DNA of 64,000 nucleotides from an uncultured Bacteroidales bacterium (GCA_964548125.1 CAZJQN010000001.1:34303-98302); one strand, 5' to 3'; numbered from the stretch's first letter, positions 1-9,080 are shown. Notes: generated by a model from the sequence alone, not told the origin. Translations and numbers: made by a program.

Positions 1-2
1 TG

Positions 3-245
3 GAAAAATACGGTGAAAATCCTGCACCTCTAACACAGGTTAATATTCAGCTGGAATATTTCAATACAAGTTCCTCCAAATGCATTCTAGATGTTTTCAA
101 AAAACTGGAAGCTATTTTTAAGGCAAAACATGACGTAATAATCAATTGGTATTATGAGGAGGATGATGAAGATATGCTGGAAGCAGGAGAGGACTATGAA
201 TCCATCATCCGGGTACCATTTAAAATGGTTGAAATAGTCGATTAA
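3..245 (+). CDS. DUF1987 / SiaC-like regulatory protein, C-terminal fragment (5' end outside window)
   Basis: The frame is open from the window edge to TAA at 243-245. It has no in-window start, so it is absent from the ORF track. Translation EKYGENPAPLTQVNIQLEYFNTSSSKCILDVFKKLEAIFKAKHDVIINWYYEEDDEDMLEAGEDYESIIRVPFKMVEIVD resembles the FNTSS..K / W.YEEDDEDM C-terminal half I associate with DUF1987 (SiaC) proteins. Confidence 0.55.
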   Translation, partial: EKYGENPAPLTQVNIQLEYFNTSSSKCILDVFKKLEAIFKAKHDVIINWYYEEDDEDMLEAGEDYESIIRVPFKMVEIVD

Positions 246-279
246 TGAATCATTATCCCTGGGTTTTACTTCCCGGGGT

Positions 280-3200
280 TTATTCTGTCTGAGAGAATCG
301 CAGGCTAAGATTTTCAATACTGTCAAGCAGTTTTTTAAGGAGCCTGAAATAAAGCATAAGGTAAAGGATTATTGTCATAAACCAGATTACCCCGATATTC
401 ACCCAGATAGTATCTATGTATCGCCCGAAAACCATTTTGCGGGGAGCATAGAAATGAGCTTTGATAAAGCGAGATTCAGGATCAAGGTATATAGGATTGA
501 TTTTCTGGTACAGTTGATTTTTGTATTCCAGTATTCGATCCGTTTCATTTTTGTTGGTCACAAATTCTTCTAATGCTTCGTTGGCGTGTCTTCTCTTTAA
601 CCACTGGAAGGCTTCTTTCATTTCCGGTGTGCGTTGTAACGAGTTGATCAGTTTATCCTTTTCTTCGTTTGCTTTATTCGACAACCTGATGTAATATGTA
701 TTAAGTAGACGAAGGTAATTCCGGGTTTCTTCGATGATATAGGGCGTAACATGCCCGGGAACCAGACTATCTATGAATGCAAAAGCAACCTGTTTGTTTC
801 GCTGGTTTTCCTTTCCTATTTCATTGCGAAGAAGCTGAAGATCATTTTCAACCTTTTGTTTTGAATCAGATTTATCAATGCTGGTCTCAATCTCGTCTAA
901 TTTTCTGTTTAAATGGTTAATCCAGTAATTTTTTCTAAAATCTGCCATACTCATAATCTTATTCCACTGGTAGAACTGCCGGTCGTATTTATTTTCCTTG
1001 AACTGATAGACCGCAAGTGCTTCATAACCCCATCGGGCTGTCATGAGTTCTCCATAAAAAGGGATACTGGTCGGGGAAGAAATGGCCGGGTTAAGTTTTT
1101 CGTACTTTACAAGAACCCCGCTCAAAATAATCTGAGGGATTACCAGGAATGGAATAAGTATATAAATGGTCACAACAGTTTTAAAGCTATCGGAAATCAT
1201 CAATCCCATCATATTAGATGAAGCCCAGATACTAAACAACACTAGCCAGTATTGCCAGTACATTCCTTTGATTTCCATGATACTATTTCCGACTAGCACG
1301 AATGTCAATGCCTGAATAGCGGAAAGGCCGAATTGAACGCCAACTTTTGAAAGAAGATAACTCGACCAGCTCAGATCGAGGAATGCTTCCCGTTTGAGAA
1401 TTTTCCGGTCCTTAATAATCTCTTCGGCACTTACTGTGAGTCCAACGAAGATGGCTACAATAACTGACATAAATAGATAAACGGGAAGATTGCTGTTGCC
1501 GAACAGAGTATAGCCGTATTGATTGGTTACATTAACGTTATAGTACTTGATAATGTAAGCCATAATCAGAGCCAGTACAGGTGCCTCCAGAAAGTTAATG
1601 ATAAGGTACTGGGTATTAGCTAGTTTGGAAAGAATGTCCCGTTTTGCAAAAATAAGGAACTGCTTTACCCGATTAGGAGTTTTGAATGAAATCTTTGGAA
1701 GAGTGTTTCCAGACTGCTTTTTTTGATCGGTCTCTTTGGAATACTCCTTATAGTAAAAATACCATTCCTGAGGAGATATTTTCCGGGTGCGGGTTTGTTT
1801 TCCATATTCATCCAATACTGCCAGCTCAACTATATTGAATATTTGTTCAGGATTAACATTTCCACAAGCATGGCATTCACTTTCATTCCAGTTTGCATGG
1901 TGTACTCTTTCCTTAAAATAGATAATGGAATCAATGGGATCGCCGTTGTAAATAAGATACCCGCCGGTATCAAGGATAAGAAGACGATCAAACATTTTAA
2001 AGATTTCCGAACTCGGCTGATGAATCACTACAAAGACCAGTTTCCCTTTTAATGACAATTCCTTGAGGAGGTCCATAATATTTACCGAATCGCGTGACGA
2101 CAGGCCAGAAGTAGGTTCATCAAGAAAAAGTACGGATGGTTCCCGGATCAGTTCAAGAGCGATGTTGAGTCGCTTTCGCTGACCTCCGCTAATTTTCTTA
2201 TTCAGTGGTGAACCAACCTGAATATCCTTTATTTCATAAAGTCCTAGATTTTCAAGTGTTCTGTTAACAGTTTCAATCAGTTCCTCTTCAGTGTAATTAT
2301 CGAAACATAATTTTGCATTGTAGTAAAGATTTTGAAATACTGTCAGTTCCTCAATCAGTAGGTCATCTTGCGATACATAACCAATCAATCCTTTCAGTTT
2401 TTCTTTTTCCTTATGGATATCGTACCCGTTGATTCTTACTGATCCCGAGGTAGGAGGTGCTGTGCCATTCAGAACGTTCAACAGGGTTGATTTACCCGCC
2501 CCGCTGGCACCCATAATTCCCACGAGTCTCCCTGATTCTTCTGAAAAACTCATCTCGTGCAGTCCGATCTTGCCTCCGCTGAAATGGTACTCTATCCTTT
2601 CAGCCTCAAATACAATCTTTTCCTTCATCAGATCCCTGTGAAAACTACTGACTACATCGCTGTAATAGATAGGTTTTATCTGTGGATTTCTTATGGAAGA
2701 GCCAGTGGTAAATACGTGAACCTTATCGTGCTGCAGCAGTTGTCCATTAAGGTACATTTCCTTTTCTCCCACATACCTTAACAAGTATATGTTCGAAGAG
2801 GGTAAATAAAGAATACGGATCTGACCCTCCATCCCTTCCACCACATTGTGCTTTACAGTTGGATGCTGAAAGTCCTTTCTGCTGTCAATCAGCAGAACAT
2901 ATTCATTTTCAGGGAATTGTTCAAAATTAGTCAGAACAAACTGTTTTATGCCTTCATACTCGTCTGCCTGGAAATTAAATATACTGGCAACTGTGTTGAT
3001 AAATTCCATCTCCTGATGCGAGACTTCATTTCCGTCTGACTTAACAAATTCCAATAACTGGAAAAGAACTATTACTTTTTGCTGTTGGGTAAGTTCTTCA
3101 TTAACATCGGTACAAATTTTAAGAACACGTACCGAAATGGAGGATATTATTCGGGTAAGCTTGTCTTTTTCTTTCTGTTTTTCCTGATGCTCGCTGTAAT

Positions 3201-3357
3201 AATCATCGAAGACTTTAAGATATTTTGGAGCGAGTTCCCTGTTTAGCTGTCTGATCAGAAAAGACTCTACTACCGTTCTCCGGTCACTGAGTTTGCTTTC
3301 GGGTCTTGAAATGATCGCAAAAAGCTGCATCAGAGCATTTAAAATCTTTTCACTCAT
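280..3357 (-). CDS. Fused ABC transporter ATP-binding/permease protein (ABC-2/ABCG-like) with long N- and C-terminal extensions
   Basis: 1025-aa ORF. Walker A GASGAGKS (aa 283-290), ABC signature ISGGQRKRLNIALEL and Walker B VLFLDEPTSGLS are followed by a multi-helix ABC-2 type membrane domain. About 280 aa precede the ATPase. A ~190-aa charged, coiled-coil-like tail ends in one more hydrophobic helix. Confidence 0.9.
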   Translation of the reverse strand: MSEKILNALMQLFAIISRPESKLSDRRTVVESFLIRQLNRELAPKYLKVFDDYYSEHQEKQKEKDKLTRIISSISVRVLKICTDVNEELTQQQKVIVLFQLLEFVKSDGNEVSHQEMEFINTVASIFNFQADEYEGIKQFVLTNFEQFPENEYVLLIDSRKDFQHPTVKHNVVEGMEGQIRILYLPSSNIYLLRYVGEKEMYLNGQLLQHDKVHVFTTGSSIRNPQIKPIYYSDVVSSFHRDLMKEKIVFEAERIEYHFSGGKIGLHEMSFSEESGRLVGIMGASGAGKSTLLNVLNGTAPPTSGSVRINGYDIHKEKEKLKGLIGYVSQDDLLIEELTVFQNLYYNAKLCFDNYTEEELIETVNRTLENLGLYEIKDIQVGSPLNKKISGGQRKRLNIALELIREPSVLFLDEPTSGLSSRDSVNIMDLLKELSLKGKLVFVVIHQPSSEIFKMFDRLLILDTGGYLIYNGDPIDSIIYFKERVHHANWNESECHACGNVNPEQIFNIVELAVLDEYGKQTRTRKISPQEWYFYYKEYSKETDQKKQSGNTLPKISFKTPNRVKQFLIFAKRDILSKLANTQYLIINFLEAPVLALIMAYIIKYYNVNVTNQYGYTLFGNSNLPVYLFMSVIVAIFVGLTVSAEEIIKDRKILKREAFLDLSWSSYLLSKVGVQFGLSAIQALTFVLVGNSIMEIKGMYWQYWLVLFSIWASSNMMGLMISDSFKTVVTIYILIPFLVIPQIILSGVLVKYEKLNPAISSPTSIPFYGELMTARWGYEALAVYQFKENKYDRQFYQWNKIMSMADFRKNYWINHLNRKLDEIETSIDKSDSKQKVENDLQLLRNEIGKENQRNKQVAFAFIDSLVPGHVTPYIIEETRNYLRLLNTYYIRLSNKANEEKDKLINSLQRTPEMKEAFQWLKRRHANEALEEFVTNKNETDRILEYKNQLYQKINPIYLDPESRFIKAHFYAPRKMVFGRYIDTIWVNIGVIWFMTIILYLMLYFRLLKKLLDSIENLSLRFSQTE

Positions 3358-3612
3358 GGATCACTAATCTAAATATTAGTACTGCTGGTCCTTTTCACCC
3401 GTTCAAGTTGGGAGGTGAATCACTTATCAACTCCGACCTGTTTCGTAACACCTGTCTAAAGATAAAAGGAAAAAATCATTTTTCTTATACTCTTTTATTC
3501 TTTAGGGTAAAAAATCCATATAATTAGCAAAAAGTAACATTCTTGTATTATCGTTAGAAAGGATAAGTCTGAAAATTAATTTGATTACTTATAAATGAAA
3601 CGCTTCTTTATT

Positions 3613-4170
3613 CTACCAGAAATAAAGTACCAAAAACAGGAGGGGAATTGCCATACCCAATGCCGTAAGCCATGCTCCTCTGCCTTTGATGCCGTTTTTG
3701 CCCCGGAGGATAAAAAGGCCCGAGATGGAAAGAAAAATTAATGAGAGGGCGAAGAGATCGGCAAACCAGGTCCAGAGTTTCTTAATGTTGTTGTAATGTA
3801 AAAAATTAATTTCTCTGAACAATGGCCTTTTTCTGATCGTTTCAATTATTCCTTTTCCGGAGGTGATATCAACCGTTATGGTGCCATATTCAATAAAAAT
3901 GCGCAAGTTCTCGGGTGAGGGGAAATAGTATTTCTTAAAAGAATTAGCGAGATTCAGGCTTGATAGAAGATTTTTTACGTAATTATCTGATATTGAATCT
4001 TTCGAAATACTTTCCGGCACGGTAAATGTCGTCTGTCGAATAATATAATTAGGATTCCACTGATGACGATGGTTAAGGGCTATTCCGGAAAGCCCATAAA
4101 TTATGCACATTCCTGCAAAGAAGTATCCCAGATCACGATGCAGGTTACGGTTCCACTTTCTGAGGCTCAT
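3613..4170 (-). CDS. PepSY-associated TM-helix family membrane protein
   Basis: 185 aa. The N-terminal LRKWNRNLHRDLGYFFAGMCIIYGLSGIALNH motif plus C-terminal hydrophobic helices are typical of PepSY-TM proteins. It lies 2 nt downstream of the preceding lipoprotein gene. Confidence 0.7.
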   Translation of the reverse strand: MSLRKWNRNLHRDLGYFFAGMCIIYGLSGIALNHRHQWNPNYIIRQTTFTVPESISKDSISDNYVKNLLSSLNLANSFKKYYFPSPENLRIFIEYGTITVDITSGKGIIETIRKRPLFREINFLHYNNIKKLWTWFADLFALSLIFLSISGLFILRGKNGIKGRGAWLTALGMAIPLLFLVLYFW

Positions 4171-4172
4171 GC

Positions 4173-4703
4173 TTAGTTTTGAACAGGAAGAACTGTATAG
4201 GATTCGGTTTCAATCCATTGATCGGTAATATATCCCGACTTGCTTGCAGCAATGCGCTCGCGCAGACGCTGTATATTTCCCGGAACAGGTTCATTCTTAT
4301 GAACGGATGGGTTTTCACTATTATGTTCTTTGTTGTTCATTTGCCCCTTCTCCAGTTCAGCAAGGTAAGCTTCGTCTATCTTTAGTTGTTTGAATGTTCC
4401 GGTTATCTGAATCTGTTTTCCTTCCAAATCAATTGCAAATTCAGTAATTGCCGGTCCTGTGACGACCCGTATCAAACTGTCAGGGTGATTCTGGTAAATA
4501 AACATCTTTTGCCCGCCTTCCCGGCAGACGTGACTCACAGTTCCTGTTACGGTAATCTTTTTACCAATGTAATCGGTTGGATTTGCTGTTAACTGTAGAA
4601 GAGTAACACTTTTGGGAGGATCAACTGCCTTCTTTTGGTTGCAGGAAAATAGAGATAAAACTATAAAAATAATGAACAAACTTTTCAATCCGTATCTATT
4701 CAT
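4173..4703 (-). CDS. Hypothetical lipoprotein
   Basis: 176 aa. It has a signal peptide with a lipobox-like LSLFSC (Cys21). No recognisable catalytic motif. Confidence 0.65.
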   Translation of the reverse strand: MNRYGLKSLFIIFIVLSLFSCNQKKAVDPPKSVTLLQLTANPTDYIGKKITVTGTVSHVCREGGQKMFIYQNHPDSLIRVVTGPAITEFAIDLEGKQIQITGTFKQLKIDEAYLAELEKGQMNNKEHNSENPSVHKNEPVPGNIQRLRERIAASKSGYITDQWIETESYTVLPVQN

Positions 4704-4737
4704 AAAATCATATATTTATTATTCAAGACATGTTTTT

Positions 4738-5076
4738 TTAACGGAAACTTTTTATACAATCTTCTTTGGTTGAATAAATTTCAAAAACATTGTGCAATTG
4801 GAGTAATTTAAAGAGTTCCATCACTTCAGGCGCTATGTTGCAGATCTTAAACTGACCGTAACTGTTATTGGCTGTTTTCATAACCGAAAGAAAAACACCA
4901 AAACCGGAACTGTCAATAAAAGTAACTCCTTCAAGATTCAGAACCAGTTTCATATTGGGTTTGCTGAAGAAGCTGTTCAGTTCGGTTTTAACCTGATCAG
5001 CTATCAGTGCATTTAACCTGGTTACATTCTGGAATGAAACCACGGTGATATTGTCAACAACTTCTGCTTTCAGCAT
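4738..5076 (-). CDS. STAS domain protein (anti-sigma factor antagonist, SpoIIAA/RsbV-like)
   Basis: 112 aa. The pattern is STAS-like, including FIDSSGFGVFLSV with the usual phosphorylatable Ser position. Confidence 0.85.
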   Translation of the reverse strand: MLKAEVVDNITVVSFQNVTRLNALIADQVKTELNSFFSKPNMKLVLNLEGVTFIDSSGFGVFLSVMKTANNSYGQFKICNIAPEVMELFKLLQLHNVFEIYSTKEDCIKSFR

Positions 5077-5077
5077 A

Positions 5078-5434
5078 TTAAGGGTTTTTTAGTGATATGT
5101 CAGGTATCAGTTCGCGAAGTTCAGCTATTGCCTGCTGGCTGGAGCTCAGGAAAGCAGAAACACATTCGGCATAGAGATCTTCATCTTTCCGGCTCAGAAT
5201 ATCAAGTTCCAATTGTTTTAGCTTTTGCGCCAGGCTGTGTAATCCCATGATAGCAACCGTTGTTTTTGCTTTATGCGCCTGTTTGGCCAGCTGATCCCAA
5301 TCACGGAGCCTCAGGCTTTCCTGCATACTTTGGGCAAGTTCCTGCACTTGAGAAATAAATATTCCGGCCAGTTCCCTGAGTACATCAGGGTCATTTCCGG
5401 TATTTTCCCGAAGGTAGGAAAGGTCAACTATCAT
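5078..5434 (-). CDS. Hpt (histidine phosphotransfer) domain protein
   Basis: 118 aa and helical. The candidate phospho-His context is QAHKAKTTVAIMGL (compare HxxKG....G). Its stop codon lies 1 nt from the STAS start. Confidence 0.75.
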   Translation of the reverse strand: MIVDLSYLRENTGNDPDVLRELAGIFISQVQELAQSMQESLRLRDWDQLAKQAHKAKTTVAIMGLHSLAQKLKQLELDILSRKDEDLYAECVSAFLSSSQQAIAELRELIPDISLKNP

Positions 5435-5509
5435 TTTGTCCCAATTTCAAGGCTAAAATAATATAAAGATTTTAAGTTTCTAACCGGGAGAGCAACTTTT
5501 GAACAAATC

Positions 5510-5673
5510 CTGCAGATTAACCCTGATTACGCATAAGGAATTATACGAACTGATGCGTAGTGGGATGGCTTGGGATGCTGGCATCAGGGTTAACCCTGAT
5601 TACGCATAAGGAGTTATACGAACTGATGCGTAGTGGGATGGCTTGAGAAGCTGGCATCAGGGTTAACCCCGAT
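5510..5673. repeat. 73-bp tandem repeat (2 full copies plus an 11-nt start of a third) with 18-bp palindromic junctions
   Basis: Copy A is 5517-5589 and copy B is 5590-5662 (70/73 identical). A partial copy C is 5663-5673. The A/B junction forms the perfect palindrome ATCAGGGTTAACCCTGAT (5583-5600). The B/C junction (5656-5673) matches it at 17/18. Each unit also has an inner inverted repeat, TACGCAT (5528-5534) / ATGCGTA (5553-5559). Confidence 0.95.
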
Positions 5674-5909
5674 GGAACGAAGTGAAATATGCTTTTTGGG
5701 GACGATACGCATCAAGTAATGCATATCGTGGGTAAATCGCAATGCATTAAAGTTTTTCTAATGCAATGTTAGGGATTAAATCAACCATCTCGACAAATTG
5801 AGTATTTTCAACTGGATTATTCGGGTTAACCAAATTTTTTTTACCTTTCGTACCAATAAACCCTTATATGGATGGGTGTATTCGATTCATCAATGAAAAA
5901 CTTGAACAT

Positions 5910-6968
5910 ATGAGCAGGCTTTTGGTGTGTATCCTGATGTTATTTCTGTTTTCAGCAGGAGAGCTCACTTCCCAGACGATTTCAGCCGATCCGGTTGCAA
6001 AGCTCAGAAATCAGAGGAATTATGCTCAGGCATACAATCAGGCGATTGAGGCGATAAAGTCAGGGGATTATTCTCAGGCTGCAGTATTTCTTGACAAAGC
6101 CCTCGAATTTTCTCCAAACGCTCCTGAAGCACTGCTTCAAAGGTCCAAAATCTTCTTCACTTATCAGGATTATGATGCTTCACTTCAGGATCTTGAGACA
6201 CTTCTGAAAAACAAACCCGAAACCGGAGAAGCTTGGTATCTGGAAGGTGTTATATGGATGCTTCACGATTCCCTTCCACGGGCCTTGCAATGTTTGAATG
6301 AAGCCATCCGAAGGAACTACACTACGGAGGAAGCTTTTTTTTACCGGGGGGTCCTGAAAAACTCTCAGGGTGATTATAATGGAGCGATTTATGATTTTAC
6401 GATGGCTATTGACAAGAATCCCAATCATGCTGTAGCTTTTCATGAACGTGCTTCTGTACGCCGTATGGTTAAAGATCTTCAAGGGGCTCTCTATGACTAC
6501 AGAATGGCTGTTGGACTGGATAGTATGTTTCTGACGGCCTATAATAATATGGGTCAGTTAAAGATGATTCTGGGGGATTATCAGGGAGCTGTGGAAGATT
6601 TTTCCAGGGCCGTCAGGCTTGATCCTGCAAATCATCAGGCTTTTAATAACCGGGGTCAGGCCTATTACCTGATGGGTGAATATCCTAAAGCGGTTGAGGA
6701 TTTTTATGCAGCGGTTGTAATTGATTCAGCCTATGCAGCAGCATGGAATAACCTCGGAAATGCCTATGCCAAAATGGAGAAATATGAAGAGGCAGCATCC
6801 TATTACACAAAGGCATTGCAGATAGATTCCGGTTTTGCCATTGCCTATCTTAACCGCGGATTTGTCAACGAACTGCTGGGAAAGCTGGAAAATGCCTGTG
6901 CCGACTGGAAAATGGCCCTTTCCCTTGGTAGAAAAGAAGCCGAAAAGTATCTCAAGGAATGTAAGTAG
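5910..6968 (+). CDS. TPR repeat protein, secreted
   Basis: The ORF track gives 5868-6968. The internal ATG at 5910 gives a signal-peptide-like N-terminus, MSRLLVCILMLFLFSAGELTSQ. There are many 34-aa TPR-like units (A..YN.G......GDY..A..D...A..LDP). Confidence 0.85.
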   Translation: MSRLLVCILMLFLFSAGELTSQTISADPVAKLRNQRNYAQAYNQAIEAIKSGDYSQAAVFLDKALEFSPNAPEALLQRSKIFFTYQDYDASLQDLETLLKNKPETGEAWYLEGVIWMLHDSLPRALQCLNEAIRRNYTTEEAFFYRGVLKNSQGDYNGAIYDFTMAIDKNPNHAVAFHERASVRRMVKDLQGALYDYRMAVGLDSMFLTAYNNMGQLKMILGDYQGAVEDFSRAVRLDPANHQAFNNRGQAYYLMGEYPKAVEDFYAAVVIDSAYAAAWNNLGNAYAKMEKYEEAASYYTKALQIDSGFAIAYLNRGFVNELLGKLENACADWKMALSLGRKEAEKYLKECK

Positions 6969-7007
6969 AAATATATCGTGTTAATTTCGATGGTAAGAAC
7001 TGATACT

Positions 7008-9080
7008 ATGAAGAAATTATTTTTACTTTTCCTGATTGCTTCCCTGGTTTATCCAGTTCATGCGCAATCGGATCCCAAAATCAAACGAAATAAATTCTTT
7101 GCGGGTAAGGAAGGGTTCAGAGAAGCATGGAAATGCATAAAAAAGGGCAATGAATTTTACAAGAAAGGTAAGGGGTATTTTCAGGATGCCCGGCAATTAT
7201 ACCTGGAGGCATATAATTATAATCCTTTAGTTCCGGAACTTAATTACAAACTTGGTATCTGCTATCTTTTTACAGATGATAAATTTCAGGCAATCGAATA
7301 CTTACGTTCCGCTTGGAGCCTTAAACCGGCTGTAACTAAAGATATTCTATTTTATGTAGGAAGAGCCTATCACCAGGTGTTGAATTTTGACTCCGCCATT
7401 GTTTCATATCAAAATTACTTTGCACGGCTGCCCAATAAGGAAAAGGTCCTTGCAAAGGCTATGGTTGACAAATTAATTCAAGAATGTTATGACGGAAAAA
7501 AACTGGTTGCAAATCCAGTACGGGTTATAATATCAGATTTGGGGGAAGGGCTTAACAGCGAATATGATGACTATGGTTCTGTGTTAGCGCCAAATGACAG
7601 CCTGATGTATTTTACATCCCGCAGGCCAATAAGCAAAAAAGCGGAACGAAATCCCTATGACAACAAATATTATGAAGACATTTATGTTGCCAGAAGAGAG
7701 GGAACAGGGTGGACAGATGTGAAACCTGTCGGGAAGCCACTTAATACTCGTCACAATGACGCTGTGGTTGGGATCACCCCCTCCGGAGATGCTCTTTTTA
7801 TTTATCGTGGAAAAATGGGAGGAGGAGATATTCTTCAAGCCTGGCACCGCCGTAAAAAGGATAAATTCACAGCCCCTTTTCCGGTAAATGAGAAATTTTT
7901 ATCCCGGTACAGAGAGACTTCCATCTGCATGACCAATGATTCAACAGCAGTTTATTTTGTAAGTGACAATCCTTCCCAGAGTATGGGAGGTAAAGATATC
8001 TTTATGAGTACCAACCGGAAGAAGGGTACGGAACGTTGGAAAAAGCCTGTAAATATCGGTCCTGTTATCAATACTCCCTATGATGAAGAGGGCGTTTATA
8101 TCACCCCTGATGGAAAAACCCTCTATTTCAGTTCGAAAGGACATAATACCATGGGAGGGTATGATGTCTTCCGGTCTGTGAAGCTGGATGACGGCGGTTG
8201 GTCAACCCCTGAAAACCTGGGTTACCCGATCAATACCCCTGATGATGAATTGTTCTATCGCCCCGATGTATTAAATCCTAAATACGCGTACTACTCGACC
8301 GTGCGTGAAGGAGGACGCGGGGGAAAAGATATTTTCCGGATTGCGTTTCTGGGAGAGGAAAAAGAACTGATTCTTGTTTCTGATACGAATTTGTTTGCCT
8401 GGAGGCAGGCTTTCCCGCCAAAAGCATTTACCAGGATCCCGGATTACCTTAGCATTGATTCAACCCTCGTTATTACGGGAAAAGTTACCGATGCCTCGAC
8501 CGGCAAAGGGTTAATGGCACGAATTGAATTTATCGATGTCGGTGCCAGCAAAACTGTTGCTACAGTTGTATCGGATACTTCAGGTAATTACCGGGCATCA
8601 TTACCGGCAAAAACGAAATACGGTGTGGAAATCATGGCAAAGGGCTATCTTTTCTTCCTCGAAATGATCAATCTGGCGGAGGATACTTCCGATGTACTTT
8701 TTGTCCGTAACTTCGCATTGAACAAAGTGGAAGTTGGTACCAAGGTTGTGCTCCGGAATATTTTCTTTGAAACAGGAAAAGCTACGCTGAAACCTGAGTC
8801 CTATGCTGAACTTTCCAATGTTCTTAGGTTTATGGAAGATAATCCTACTGTAAGACTCGAAATATCAGGGCATACCGATAATGTGGGTTCACGAAAGCTG
8901 AATGAGAAGCTTTCGAAAGACAGAGCCAAAGCAGTTGTTGATTATCTTGTTTCGAAGGGAATTGATAGCTCAAGGCTTGAGTCAAAAGGATATGCTGATA
9001 CCCAGCCTGTGGCAACAAATGCTACTGCTGAAGGGCGAGCGCTGAACCGGCGTGTTGAATTTAAGGTTATTGGCAAATAG
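7008..9080 (+). CDS. OmpA family outer-membrane/peptidoglycan-associated protein with TPR, TolB-like beta-propeller repeats and a CarboxypepD_reg-like domain
   Basis: The track ORF starts at GTG 6978. The ATG at 7008 gives the signal peptide MKKLFLLFLIASLVYPVHAQ. The C-terminal OmpA-like domain reads NIFFETGKATL...LEISGHTDNVGS...NEKLSKDRAKAV...NRRVEFKV. Confidence 0.9.
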   Translation: MKKLFLLFLIASLVYPVHAQSDPKIKRNKFFAGKEGFREAWKCIKKGNEFYKKGKGYFQDARQLYLEAYNYNPLVPELNYKLGICYLFTDDKFQAIEYLRSAWSLKPAVTKDILFYVGRAYHQVLNFDSAIVSYQNYFARLPNKEKVLAKAMVDKLIQECYDGKKLVANPVRVIISDLGEGLNSEYDDYGSVLAPNDSLMYFTSRRPISKKAERNPYDNKYYEDIYVARREGTGWTDVKPVGKPLNTRHNDAVVGITPSGDALFIYRGKMGGGDILQAWHRRKKDKFTAPFPVNEKFLSRYRETSICMTNDSTAVYFVSDNPSQSMGGKDIFMSTNRKKGTERWKKPVNIGPVINTPYDEEGVYITPDGKTLYFSSKGHNTMGGYDVFRSVKLDDGGWSTPENLGYPINTPDDELFYRPDVLNPKYAYYSTVREGGRGGKDIFRIAFLGEEKELILVSDTNLFAWRQAFPPKAFTRIPDYLSIDSTLVITGKVTDASTGKGLMARIEFIDVGASKTVATVVSDTSGNYRASLPAKTKYGVEIMAKGYLFFLEMINLAEDTSDVLFVRNFALNKVEVGTKVVLRNIFFETGKATLKPESYAELSNVLRFMEDNPTVRLEISGHTDNVGSRKLNEKLSKDRAKAVVDYLVSKGIDSSRLESKGYADTQPVATNATAEGRALNRRVEFKVIGK

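Noticed and set aside
87-326. 79-aa minus-strand ORF at the window start
   Set aside because: It overlaps the 3' end of the plus-strand DUF1987-like frame and the 3' end of the ABC gene, and it has no motif. The DUF1987 reading frame gives a much more protein-like translation.
5510-5673. Possible CRISPR array, because of direct repeats with internal dyad symmetry
   Set aside because: The 73-bp units are directly contiguous with no unique spacers. There are only about 2.2 copies, and the window contains no cas genes. This is a tandem repeat, not a CRISPR array.
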